Virus record (IMG/VR): IMGVR_UViG_3300022555_000024
Coordinates: 1 to 64,000 of that record
Strand: one strand, 5' to 3'
Length of the DNA: 64,000 nt
Source of the DNA: a virus
Position numbers and translations under genes: made by a program. This document shows, in pieces, positions 19,692 to 29,170 of this stretch. Below the pieces are notes generated by a model. It was given only the letters and a program-made list of their open reading frames with translations. It made no database searches and was not told where the DNA came from. How positions within the stretch are numbered: the first letter of the stretch is position 1; every line of letters starts with the position of its first letter.

Positions 19692-20078
19692 ATGTCATAC
19701 AAAAATTTTCGCGATAACATTATCGCAACACTACAAGAAAAAATTCTAAAAAGATTAGAAACAGAAACACAAACCATCACTTCTAGAACTTTTAATGAAT
19801 CTGCAAAATTACCTAAACCTCGTGTAGACTTGGGTGGTTTTGAAAAATCATTCACAGACTTTCTTAATAAGCACTATCAGAAGTTAATCTCATTAGCAGG
19901 TGATATAGATAAATTGATTGCATACGTAAAAGAAGAATCTAAAGATTATTATGTATCTTCAGAATATCTAAGAAAATTTGAATCTAATGTTAGATCTCAG
20001 AAAAATTTACTTGGTGTGCAAAAATATATTACTAATATAGTTCTTAAAGGTTCCGGATTATCATTGGAGGATAAATGA
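19692..20078 (+). CDS. Putative prohead core protein with gp67-like N-terminus
   Basis: MSYKNFRDNIIATLQEKILKRLETETQTITSRTFNE is shared in pattern with 19106 and 20728. Confidence 0.55.
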   Translation: MSYKNFRDNIIATLQEKILKRLETETQTITSRTFNESAKLPKPRVDLGGFEKSFTDFLNKHYQKLISLAGDIDKLIAYVKEESKDYYVSSEYLRKFESNVRSQKNLLGVQKYITNIVLKGSGLSLEDK

Positions 20079-20731
20079 ACGAAAACAATCCATTATTAAA
20101 TTTCGAACTGATAGATGATATCAATCTGTTCTTAGAAGATCAAAAAGCAGCTCAGTTAAAGGGTTTCATTGATGGAAAGGCTGGTAAACCACAGGATTCT
20201 AAAGAGCTAGTAGGAAAAAACCCTCGTGCTTACAAAAAGGGATATGAAATAGGTTCTAATCAACAAGGAATAAATAAAACCGACAAAATCTCTAAAGAAA
20301 AAATAGAAGAATCTGTGACACGAGCAGATTGGTTAGGCGGAACGTGGGACGGTGGTACTTGGAAAGATGGCACTTGGAAAGGTGGTACTTGGAAAGGCGG
20401 TATCTGGAACGGCGGCACCTGGCGAGGCGGTACTTGGAAAGGTGGAACTTGGAAAGATGGCACTTGGTTAGGTGGAACATGGGAAGACGGAATCTGGAAA
20501 GATGGTATTTGGAGAGGTGGCACTTGGTTAGGTGGGAATTGGTTGGGTGGTACTTGGTTAAGAGGAACATGGGAAGACGGAATCTGGAAAGATGGTCTCT
20601 GGAGAGGCGGCACTTGGTTAGGCGGCGATTGGAAAGGCGGAGATTGGTGGGGTGGTTATGATAAATACGGCAGTTATCATGCTGACGGCGATTCACCGGA
20701 TAAATGGAAACTAAAAAACAAACTAAAATGA
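20075..20731 (+). CDS. Trp/Gly pentapeptide-repeat protein (G-T/I-W-x-G/D)
   Basis: Over 20 repeats ending GGYDKYGSYHADGDSPDKWKLK. Confidence 0.8.
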   Translation: MNENNPLLNFELIDDINLFLEDQKAAQLKGFIDGKAGKPQDSKELVGKNPRAYKKGYEIGSNQQGINKTDKISKEKIEESVTRADWLGGTWDGGTWKDGTWKGGTWKGGIWNGGTWRGGTWKGGTWKDGTWLGGTWEDGIWKDGIWRGGTWLGGNWLGGTWLRGTWEDGIWKDGLWRGGTWLGGDWKGGDWWGGYDKYGSYHADGDSPDKWKLKNKLK

Positions 20732-22020
20732 AAACTTATAAAGAATTCAGAGAGAGTGTTTTCGAATCTCTTAAAGAAAAAATAGCTTCTCGTTTATCAG
20801 AAGAAAAACAGATCCTCGCTTCTTCTTTAATTGGTACAGAAAAAAATGTTAATGAAGTAAAGAAAAGCACTTTGATTTCTTATATAGACAAAGCAGCTAA
20901 TACTGATAAACTTAGGGATGCACATGATGATGAATATAGTTACATTGATGACTTTTGCGGGTCTCCATATTCCTGTATCGATGGAAAAGATGGAACTTGG
21001 AAAGAAATTGAACGACTAGATAAACGACACAAAGGTATTAAAACTGCTGCTAAGAAACTTGCAAAGGGAGATTATCAGAATGAGAATCTACATGATTTTG
21101 GACCTACCGAAGAACAAACGACTAATTATTCATTAAAGAAAGGTGCTTTTCATAAATGGTTAGGAAAACCTGAAGGTGAAAAAATTACAGATGAAGATAT
21201 TCAAAGGGGTTTAGATTCTAAAGATTCTCATGTCCGTAAAATGGCTCAGTTTGCTAAAAATTCTAAAAATTGGCATAAAGAGTCAATAGATTTAGATGAA
21301 TCAAAAAGCAGTAGGATAGCTAAACTTCATGATAAGAAAAGAACATTGCAAGATAGACTTCAGAAACTTAGTAGTGGTCCTGATAGAGATGAAAAAAGAT
21401 TGCGTGTAATAAGAGATGAGATGGCGCTTATAGATGATAGAATAGATCTTTATCAAAGTCTCAAAGAAGCTTCTTCACAAGAAACTATAGATGAATTGCA
21501 TAAAGAAACTCTTGCGTCTTATGTTAAAGGTGCGTCTTATGATAGAAAAAATATAGGATCAAAACAAGTAATGGATTTTGTTATAAATCGATCTTTAGCA
21601 TCAAAGAAACAGATAGAACTTCATGCTAAAGATGTTAAAAGAAAGAAAGGTATTGCCTTAGCTGTAGATAAAATTGTAAAGAAGGATTATCAGAACGAAT
21701 CCTTAGAAACTATAGATGAAGCAAGAGAAAAGTCGTTTCATGATAAAGTGAGAGCTCACTATAAAGAAGAGATTGATTCTTATGAGGACGGTTCTTTAGT
21801 AGGTAAAGATAAAGATAAAAATACATTAGTTAGAAAAGGATTTTTCTACACGCATGGAAAAACATCTAAGGATCATGCTAATAAAGTATCTCAACGTTTA
21901 AATGATGCTGGTATAGAACATGAGGTAGTTGATCATGGAGAAATAGACAAACCTTTTAGAGGAGGATCGAATACTAAGCAAGGCTCTCATTTCTGGGTTT
22001 CTCTAAGAGATAAAGGGTGA
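20728..22020 (+). CDS. Multi-module putative prohead core/internal protein
   Basis: Start MKTYKEFRE; internal repeat NEVKKSTLISYIDKA...KGIKTAAKKLAKGDYQNE / DELHKETLASYVKGA...KGIALAVDKIVKKDYQNE. Confidence 0.7.
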   Translation: MKTYKEFRESVFESLKEKIASRLSEEKQILASSLIGTEKNVNEVKKSTLISYIDKAANTDKLRDAHDDEYSYIDDFCGSPYSCIDGKDGTWKEIERLDKRHKGIKTAAKKLAKGDYQNENLHDFGPTEEQTTNYSLKKGAFHKWLGKPEGEKITDEDIQRGLDSKDSHVRKMAQFAKNSKNWHKESIDLDESKSSRIAKLHDKKRTLQDRLQKLSSGPDRDEKRLRVIRDEMALIDDRIDLYQSLKEASSQETIDELHKETLASYVKGASYDRKNIGSKQVMDFVINRSLASKKQIELHAKDVKRKKGIALAVDKIVKKDYQNESLETIDEAREKSFHDKVRAHYKEEIDSYEDGSLVGKDKDKNTLVRKGFFYTHGKTSKDHANKVSQRLNDAGIEHEVVDHGEIDKPFRGGSNTKQGSHFWVSLRDKG

Positions 22021-22033
22021 GAAAACGGGTTTA

Positions 22034-22041
22034 TATAAATA
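22034..22041 (+). promoter_or_regulatory. Late promoter TATAAATA
   Basis: Consensus upstream of gp22. Confidence 0.8.
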
Positions 22042-22095
22042 AAACAATAAAGATTTTTGCAAAAATCATTTAAAAAGTAAAAGGACTACAAAGTT

Positions 22096-23391
22096 ATGTT
22101 TAAAGAAACTATTATTTCAAAACTATCTGCTGGTTTAAATGGTGAAGAACTTTCACTATTTCAGGCAGCTGCAAAGTTAACAGAGGATGTGGAAGGTAAG
22201 TCTCTAGTAGAAACTCTCACCGAACTCCGTGAAAGTGGCTTAGAAGGTTATAAAGCTGTTATAGAAGAAGCAGGAGAATATCTTGATGAAGATATCAATG
22301 GCTCTGAAGAAGAAGCAAAACGTTATGGACCAGCTCCTAGTGGTTCTATAGCAAATGATTATAAAGCTCAGTATAAGAAAGAAAATGAAGATGCCGATGA
22401 AGTAGAAGAAGGACCTCAGGCAGATCAGGATGACAAAAGAAAGAAAGCAAAACCTGAAGGAGAAAAAACAAACACAACACCAGATGGATATGGTGTTGGT
22501 TCTACCGACGATGACGACGACGATAACGACGACGACAAAGAAGATGTAAAAGAAGAAAATGAATCTTATTCAAGTATTGTCAAAAGACGTCTAGATGATA
22601 TTATTAAGATTGATGAGACATATGGATCATGTTGTGATGAAAGTGAAATTAGTGTTTCTGAAGATGTTGATGCTATGTTTGCAGGAGCAGACCTAACAGA
22701 AGAATTTAAAGATAAAGCAACAATGATTTTTGAAGCTGCTGTTGCACGACAAGTAAATCTTCAGGTTTCTAATTACAAATCTCTTGTAGAAGAAGCAATT
22801 GATGATCTTGTTGAAGAAGAAGTAATAAAGGTGACAGAAGAATTGACAGGAAAAATTGATCAATATCTTGATTATGTAGTAGAAGAATGGATGGAAGAGA
22901 ATAAACTTGCTATAGAAACAGGAATTCGCACAGACGTAGCAGAAGGTTTCATCGCAGGTCTTAAGAATCTATTCATCGAGAATTATATAGAGGTACCAGA
23001 AGGAAAAGAAGATATTCTTGTTAAGGTATCAGAAGAAAAAATTGAAATAGAAGAAGAGTTTGAATTGGCTATTCAAAGAAATATTGAACTTGCTGCGGAA
23101 AACAAAGATCTTAAGAAAGGTATTATCATTTCTGAAATGACAAAGGGTCTTGCAGATACTCAAGCAGAAAAATTAACGCAACTATCAGAATCTGTAGATT
23201 TTGAAGGAACTCAGGATTTTGCGAAAAAGGTATCTCAAATCAGAGAATCGTATTTCAATACACCAGCTCCTCGTAAAAAAGAATCTATTTCTATAGATGA
23301 AGAACAATTTATCCTAGAAGAAGATTCTATGAAAGTTACAAATAAGAAGATGTCTACTTACGTTGACACATTATCAAAGTATCTTAAGTAA
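22096..23391 (+). CDS. gp22: Prohead core scaffold gp22
   Basis: LTEEFKDKATMIFEAAV, YLDYVVEEWMEENKLAIETGIR, IRESYF. Confidence 0.93.
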   Translation: MFKETIISKLSAGLNGEELSLFQAAAKLTEDVEGKSLVETLTELRESGLEGYKAVIEEAGEYLDEDINGSEEEAKRYGPAPSGSIANDYKAQYKKENEDADEVEEGPQADQDDKRKKAKPEGEKTNTTPDGYGVGSTDDDDDDNDDDKEDVKEENESYSSIVKRRLDDIIKIDETYGSCCDESEISVSEDVDAMFAGADLTEEFKDKATMIFEAAVARQVNLQVSNYKSLVEEAIDDLVEEEVIKVTEELTGKIDQYLDYVVEEWMEENKLAIETGIRTDVAEGFIAGLKNLFIENYIEVPEGKEDILVKVSEEKIEIEEEFELAIQRNIELAAENKDLKKGIIISEMTKGLADTQAEKLTQLSESVDFEGTQDFAKKVSQIRESYFNTPAPRKKESISIDEEQFILEEDSMKVTNKKMSTYVDTLSKYLK

Positions 23392-23431
23392 AAAGTAATA
23401 TTAGAAATAACAAAAACATAAAATTAAACAC

Positions 23432-24766
23432 ATGGAACATCTAACAGAGACTTTAGTTAAAAAGTGGACTCCTATATTGGATCATAAATCACTTGACCCA
23501 ATCAAAGATTCCTACAAAAAGAGTGTTGTAGCTACTATTTTAGAAACTACTGAAACTGTCTTAGGCAGCCAGGGTATGGTTTTTGAAGGTAACGTAGCTG
23601 GTGATAGCATGTCAGGTAACTATTCTGCGTCTAACAATTCAGATAATGGTTCGCTATCAAACTTCACCCCAGTTCTTATTTCACTTATCCGTCGTGCTAT
23701 TCCTCAGCTTATCGCTTTTGATATCTGTGGTGTTCAGCCGATGACAATGCCTACCGGACTTATCTTTGCTATGAGATCTGGATATGCTAATACAACTTCT
23801 GCTTTCCATAAGGAAGCATTGTTCAACGAAGCAAACTCTGCATTCTCAGGTGCTTCTTCTGGACATGGTGTAGCTGGTCTTCCAGGTACAGCAAATAATG
23901 CTCTTGCTCTATTTGATATTGGTATTGGTATTTCTACATCTACTGGTGAAGCAGATTCTGCATGGCCTCAGATGGGATTCACAATCGAAAAAGCAACAGT
24001 TGACGTTCAGACTCGTAGATTGAGAGCTGACTACACTTTAGAGCTTGCACAGGATCTTAAAGCAGTTCATAACCTTGATGCAGAATCAGAACTTTCTAAC
24101 ATCCTTTCACAGGAAATCTTAGGTGACATTAACCGTGAAGTTACTCGCCTTATTTATTCTGTAGCTAAAGCTGGTGGAACAAACAGCGTTGGTTCAGTTC
24201 AGCTTCAAGTAAAAGGTGGTATAAAAGCTGACATTGATGGTCGTTATTTTGCAGAACAGTGGAGAGGACTTCAGTTCTTAATCGAACGCGACGCTATTGG
24301 TATTGCAAAAGATACTCGTAGAGGAAAAGGTAACTTTATCATTGTTGATGCTGAAACCGCTTCTGCACTTTCACTTGCTGGTGTTCTTGATTACTCTACA
24401 GTAATTTCACCTAAAGCAACTCTTGCTGATGTGCCAGATGAAACTACATCAACCTTTGCCGGTACACTTGGTGGACGTCTTAAAGTATATGTAGATCCTT
24501 ACGTTACTCTTGGTGCTAACTTCTATTGCGTAGGTTATAAAGGAACATCTCCTTATGATGCTGGATTGTTCTATTGTCCTTACGTTCCTCTACAGTTGGT
24601 AAGAGCACAGGATCCTCATACATTCCAACCAGCAATCGGTTTCAAAACTAGATATGGTCTTGTAGAACATCCTTTCTCAGGTTCAACTTATTCACATAAG
24701 ATTAACCCAGGTGCATCTCACCAGAACAAATATTACAGAATTGCTGTAATCAATGGCTTAATATAA
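23432..24766 (+). CDS. gp23: Major capsid protein gp23
   Basis: LIRRAIPQLIAFDICGVQPM, ELAQDLKAVH, VGYKGTSPYDAGLFYCPYVPL, GFKTRYG. Confidence 0.98.
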   Translation: MEHLTETLVKKWTPILDHKSLDPIKDSYKKSVVATILETTETVLGSQGMVFEGNVAGDSMSGNYSASNNSDNGSLSNFTPVLISLIRRAIPQLIAFDICGVQPMTMPTGLIFAMRSGYANTTSAFHKEALFNEANSAFSGASSGHGVAGLPGTANNALALFDIGIGISTSTGEADSAWPQMGFTIEKATVDVQTRRLRADYTLELAQDLKAVHNLDAESELSNILSQEILGDINREVTRLIYSVAKAGGTNSVGSVQLQVKGGIKADIDGRYFAEQWRGLQFLIERDAIGIAKDTRRGKGNFIIVDAETASALSLAGVLDYSTVISPKATLADVPDETTSTFAGTLGGRLKVYVDPYVTLGANFYCVGYKGTSPYDAGLFYCPYVPLQLVRAQDPHTFQPAIGFKTRYGLVEHPFSGSTYSHKINPGASHQNKYYRIAVINGLI

Positions 24767-24783
24767 TATTTGATTGTAATAAC

Positions 24784-24814
24784 AAAAAAGAGCGCTTTAA
24801 AGCGCTCTTTTTTT
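24784..24814. terminator. Bidirectional terminator after gp23
   Basis: Palindrome AAAAAAGAGCGCTTTAAAGCGCTCTTTTTT. Confidence 0.88.
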
Positions 24815-24830
24815 CACTAAAAATATATTG

Positions 24831-24838
24831 TATAAATA
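24831..24838 (+). promoter_or_regulatory. Late promoter TATAAATA
   Basis: Consensus upstream of gp3. Confidence 0.75.
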
Positions 24839-24861
24839 ATACAATTAAAAATATTTTTTAA

Positions 24862-25416
24862 ATGCCATCGACACAGAAAGTAAATAATCTAAATTTTCTA
24901 TCAACTACAGGGTTTTCTTTTGCATTGGCAAGATGTCCTAATTTAACTTGGTTTGTTCAGGAAATTAACATGCCTGGTATATCTCTAGGTGATTCATCAA
25001 GAAATTATGCTACAGGTAAGGCAGCTATCCCTGGTGATAATTTGGAATACAACGAACTTACATTAACATTTGCTATTGATGAGTCTATGAATAATTGGAG
25101 AGAAATCTACAATTGGATGAGAAGTCTTGCCCCAACCCGTTTAGGAAAAGAAAATAATCAATATGCTACTTTAAGTAATTCTGATTTTGGTAGAATTTCT
25201 GATGGAACTCTTCTTATTATGACTAATTCTGTTAATGTTAATATAAGTGTAGATTTTAAAGATTTATTTCCCACTTCACTTTCTAATATTGAATTTAGAA
25301 CAACGGATACTGCTATAGAAGCAATAACATCTACAGTATCATTTAGATATAGTTATTATAATATAAGAGTAAACCCTGAGTATAATCTAACTTCAGTACC
25401 TGATAATATAGTATAA
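24862..25416 (+). CDS. gp3: Tail tube terminator / completion protein gp3
   Basis: NFLSTTGFSF, IPGDNLEY, IDESMNNWREIYNW, FKDLFPTSLS. Confidence 0.88.
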   Translation: MPSTQKVNNLNFLSTTGFSFALARCPNLTWFVQEINMPGISLGDSSRNYATGKAAIPGDNLEYNELTLTFAIDESMNNWREIYNWMRSLAPTRLGKENNQYATLSNSDFGRISDGTLLIMTNSVNVNISVDFKDLFPTSLSNIEFRTTDTAIEAITSTVSFRYSYYNIRVNPEYNLTSVPDNIV

Positions 25417-25657
25417 AAATAACATGTTCTGCGCGAGTTTCTTTTAATTAAAGGTAGTTATATCATCTATATTAAATAATATAAAATATATGAAATTATT
25501 TGTATGCCAGTATTAACTCTCTTCCCCTCATTTTAGAAATAACATGTTCTGTGCACTTCATAATCTTCTCTTTTTCTAGTAAATGTTACTATTTCTTTTT
25601 TAGCCCGACATTTCTATATTATTCTTATAAGAAAGATTGAACTAAAATAAAATTAAG

Positions 25658-26029
25658 ATGTCAACAAAGTCTTCAGAAGTTATAGTAGCATTATATAGAG
25701 ATTCATTTAATGGTGATCATGGTACATTTTATAACTATGATATAATTATGAAAAATGGTGATGATGGAATTTATACTTCTACCACCAAAAATCAAGATAG
25801 ATTTATAGTTGGTAAGGAGACAGAATATACCATATCTAGGTTTAATGGGAAAGTTAAAATAAAACCGATATATGGATTGCAAAAAGAAAAAAATGAATCT
25901 AATAAAATTATTGAACTTTTACAGGATATTCAATCTAAATTATACGATCAAGAGTATTTAATCTCTGAAATAAGAAAAGATATTAAGGGATTGAAAAATT
26001 TAAAACAACAAGTCGTTAATCTTACTTAA
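25658..26029 (+). CDS. Hypothetical protein, possible OB-fold ssDNA-binding domain plus coiled coil
   Basis: HGTFYNYDIIMKNGDDGIYTS...FIVGKETEYT...KIKP resembles small phage SSB-like proteins (recognition by eye). Confidence 0.45.
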   Translation: MSTKSSEVIVALYRDSFNGDHGTFYNYDIIMKNGDDGIYTSTTKNQDRFIVGKETEYTISRFNGKVKIKPIYGLQKEKNESNKIIELLQDIQSKLYDQEYLISEIRKDIKGLKNLKQQVVNLT

Positions 26030-26039
26030 CGAATGTAGT

Positions 26040-26860
26040 ACAAAAGAACAAAAGGTGGACCCATAGTAGTATTTGCGAAATATAGAAGAGAGCATCTAAA
26101 TATTATGGGAACAGAATATCTGAAAACCCGGGGCTTGCAGATGGAGAACAATAGTAAGAATTGTTGCTGAATACCGGAGTCGCAGAGAAAGAAACCACCA
26201 CCGCTAATGGCGGTTCCTTAGTCGAGGAGTCAACACCTATTGATTACACTTGAAAGAGTTGTCAGACAGCAAGGTGTGTAGGCAGTAAGAAATTACTGTT
26301 GAGATAAGGTCACGTTTTAGGAAGGACACGAAAGTGCCTAGAAATTCAGTGAGACTATGATTTACAGAATCAGAAATAATTTCTAAGATGAGAGAACTGT
26401 TTCTTCTCATTAAGACAAAAAAAAGAACACACGATCCAGTCTAGTAATGAAGTTACACGGCGCGCATCCCTAATCAGGTTAAAGGCGTTCACGAAAAACT
26501 GAGGGACAATTTGTATTTTTTATTTTTCTTGAACTTCACGTGAGATCCGACAAGGAGCCGTCTTGCGTGAAGACAGGAGCACTCTGGTAATCAGGGTTTG
26601 GATAATCTAAAAGCATTTAACCTTGATAAGCTAATAAGCTAGCAATCATCTAACCTTGATAATCCAATATTGATAAACTAGCAATCAAGCAATTATCTAA
26701 CCCTGGAAAACCCTAACCACATGGAGCCTTGCTCCAACAGAATTGGAAACCAATTCTGTAGAACATGATTATCAAGCATAACCATCATAACCATTAAAAT
26801 ACAAGTAGAGCCTAGTCAAGACGGGCTATTCAAGGGTTTAGTACTTGATTTCTTTTTGTC
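26040..26860 (+). ncRNA. Candidate large structured RNA and/or replication origin
   Basis: No ORF of 60 aa or more, GC above background, many stems (some GAAA-capped) and short direct repeats. Confidence 0.5.
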
Positions 26861-26906
26861 TAATCACTTGCTATATTATTAATCAAGAATAACTTAAAAA
26901 TAATTA

Positions 26907-27347
26907 ATGGCAAAGATAGAAGACATAGAAGAACTTTGGAATAATGATTGTGAAATAGATTCAGTCATGCTAGATGTAGCTGCTTTAGATATTCCTAAAT
27001 TACATAATAAATATCTTATTATTCATAACGAAGTAAGATTACTTTTATTACAACTAGAAGAAAAGTATAATGATCTTGCTATGATAAAAAGTTCATATTA
27101 TACCGGTAAAATGTCTAAGGAAGAATTAGATGAAAAAGGATGGGAACCATTTCAGATCAAGGTTCTTAGGAGTGATGTAAAATCTTATCTAGAAACTGAT
27201 CCTGACGTAAGAAAGATTAAAACAAGAATAGAATATAATAAGATAGTGCTAGAATACCTTAAATCTATAATAGAACAGATTAATAAAAGAAATTTTAGTA
27301 TATCTTCTGCAATTGCTTGGAGAAAGTTTACATCAGGAGAACATTAA
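26907..27347 (+). CDS. uvsY: Recombination mediator UvsY
   Basis: IPKLHNKY, YYTGK, INKRNFSISSAIAWRKFTSG. Confidence 0.93.
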   Translation: MAKIEDIEELWNNDCEIDSVMLDVAALDIPKLHNKYLIIHNEVRLLLLQLEEKYNDLAMIKSSYYTGKMSKEELDEKGWEPFQIKVLRSDVKSYLETDPDVRKIKTRIEYNKIVLEYLKSIIEQINKRNFSISSAIAWRKFTSGEH

Positions 27348-27350
27348 CGG

Positions 27351-28799
27351 ATGCCAGATGTAATTATCCATAAGGTAGATCAGGTTTGGTTGAAGGTAGA
27401 ATGTGAAAAAAGTATTCTTTATGAAATTTCAGACGCATTTTCTTTTTATGCTCCTAATTATAAATTCAATCCAAAATTTAAACATAAAATTTGGGATGGA
27501 AAGATTAGGTTAATTAATTTATCTTCATGTAAGATGTATTATGGTCTGCATTCTTCTTTAAAAAAGTTTTTAGAAAAATCAGATTATTCTGTAGAATATG
27601 CAGCTGGGTTCTTTAATAAATCTACTATTAGTTATGATCCTAAAGAAATTGAATCTGCTAATTTTGAACCTAGAAATTATCAAATAGAGGCAGTTAAATT
27701 TGCGTTAGAAAATAAAAGATGTATTCTTCTTTCTCCAACTGGGTCTGGAAAATCTTTTATTATCTACATGATAATGAAGCACATTAAAAAAAGAACATTA
27801 ATAATAGTTCCTACTATAGGTTTAGTTCATCAACTAGCGTCTGATTTTGTAGGATATAATCCAAAATGTGCCAATTGGATTCATAAAATAATGGCAGGAG
27901 AAGATAAGGACACAAAGAAACCTATAGTAATATCTACTTGGCAAAGTTTAACTAAACAAACAGATAGTTGGTTTAATCAATTTGATTGTATAGTAGGAGA
28001 TGAAGTTCATTTATTCGCTGCCACTTCTCTATGTGGAATTATGGAAAAAAATCATAATACAGAATGGAGAATAGGAACAACAGGAACTATATCTAATGTG
28101 GATGCTAAAGTTAATTCTCTTACATTAGAAGGTCTTTTTGGAACGATTTATAAAGTTTCTTCTACAAAGGAATTAATGGACGATAATTATTTGGCAAAAT
28201 TCAAAATAAACATTTTACTTTTAAAACACGACAAAGAGACTAGTATTAAAGTTCGTAAAATGAATTATCAAGAAGAAGTAGACTTCTTTGTTAGAAATGA
28301 AAAAAGAAACAAGTTTATTTGTAATTTAGCATTATCACAAAAAAAGAATACTTTAATTTTATTTCAGTTTGTAGAAAAACAAGGCAAAGTCCTTTATGAA
28401 ATGATAAAGGAGAAAGCTGGTAATAAAAAGATTTATTTCATATCTGGAGAAATTGATGGTGAAATTAGAGAAAAAATAAGAAATTCCGTCAATTCTAGTG
28501 AAGATAATATAATAATTGGAAGTTTTGGAACAGTTTCTACAGGTTTGGATATTCCTAATTTGCATGTGATAATATTTGCATCTACATATAAATCAAAGAT
28601 TAAAAATTTACAGTCTATAGGTAGAGGTTTAAGATTAAATGAAGGAAAAGATATTGCGGTTCTCTATGATATTGTAGATGATTGTTCTGTAAAATCTAAA
28701 AAAAATTATTCCATATTACATTTATTGGAAAGAATAAAAATATATAATGAAGAACAGTTTGATTTTAAAATAATAGATATTCCATTTAATAATAAATAA
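27351..28799 (+). CDS. uvsW: DNA helicase UvsW
   Basis: WDGKIRL, SPTGSGKS, GDEVH, LQSIGRGLR. Confidence 0.95.
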   Translation: MPDVIIHKVDQVWLKVECEKSILYEISDAFSFYAPNYKFNPKFKHKIWDGKIRLINLSSCKMYYGLHSSLKKFLEKSDYSVEYAAGFFNKSTISYDPKEIESANFEPRNYQIEAVKFALENKRCILLSPTGSGKSFIIYMIMKHIKKRTLIIVPTIGLVHQLASDFVGYNPKCANWIHKIMAGEDKDTKKPIVISTWQSLTKQTDSWFNQFDCIVGDEVHLFAATSLCGIMEKNHNTEWRIGTTGTISNVDAKVNSLTLEGLFGTIYKVSSTKELMDDNYLAKFKINILLLKHDKETSIKVRKMNYQEEVDFFVRNEKRNKFICNLALSQKKNTLILFQFVEKQGKVLYEMIKEKAGNKKIYFISGEIDGEIREKIRNSVNSSEDNIIIGSFGTVSTGLDIPNLHVIIFASTYKSKIKNLQSIGRGLRLNEGKDIAVLYDIVDDCSVKSKKNYSILHLLERIKIYNEEQFDFKIIDIPFNNK

Positions 28800-28812
28800 A
28801 ATAAAATACAAC

Positions 28813-29154
28813 ATGAGTAACAGTAGGTACAGTAAAGGTGCTATTAAGTATGATTTAAATCCAGTAGACACTACAGGAATGAATGATGAAGACACCGAAT
28901 TTTTTGGAGAAAAAAAGAATGCTAGATTTCAATTTAGATCAAATAACAATAAACCTGGTATTGGTGTAGCACTTCATAAAGAAGAGTCTGTAGATTCTTT
29001 GATAAAAAGATTTAAAAAGAGTATGTTAGAATCAGGTAAGATGAAAGAATACGCAGAAACTCAATTCTTTGAAAAACCTTCTATATTAGCTCGTAAGAAA
29101 AAGTCCAATAGAAGATATAAAGCAAAACTTGCATCAGAAATTACAAATAACTAG
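28813..29154 (+). CDS. rpsU: Ribosomal protein bS21 with N-terminal extension
   Basis: ESVDSLIKRFKKSMLESGKMKEYAETQFFEKPSILARKKK matches the bS21 signature. Confidence 0.85.
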   Translation: MSNSRYSKGAIKYDLNPVDTTGMNDEDTEFFGEKKNARFQFRSNNNKPGIGVALHKEESVDSLIKRFKKSMLESGKMKEYAETQFFEKPSILARKKKSNRRYKAKLASEITNN

Positions 29155-29170
29155 GCAAAACCGGGAGTAA

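Noticed and set aside
20260-20696. Antisense and alternative-frame ORFs over the W-repeat (VPPFQ, RWYLE, CHLSK repeats)
   Set aside because: Shadow frames caused by the 15-nt periodic sequence; the GxW frame has the coupled start/stop and conserved cap.
26552-26592. GAGCCGTCTTGCGTGAA resembling group II intron domain V
   Set aside because: The 3' strand needed for domain V is missing, and there is no GUGCG 5' end or RT ORF.
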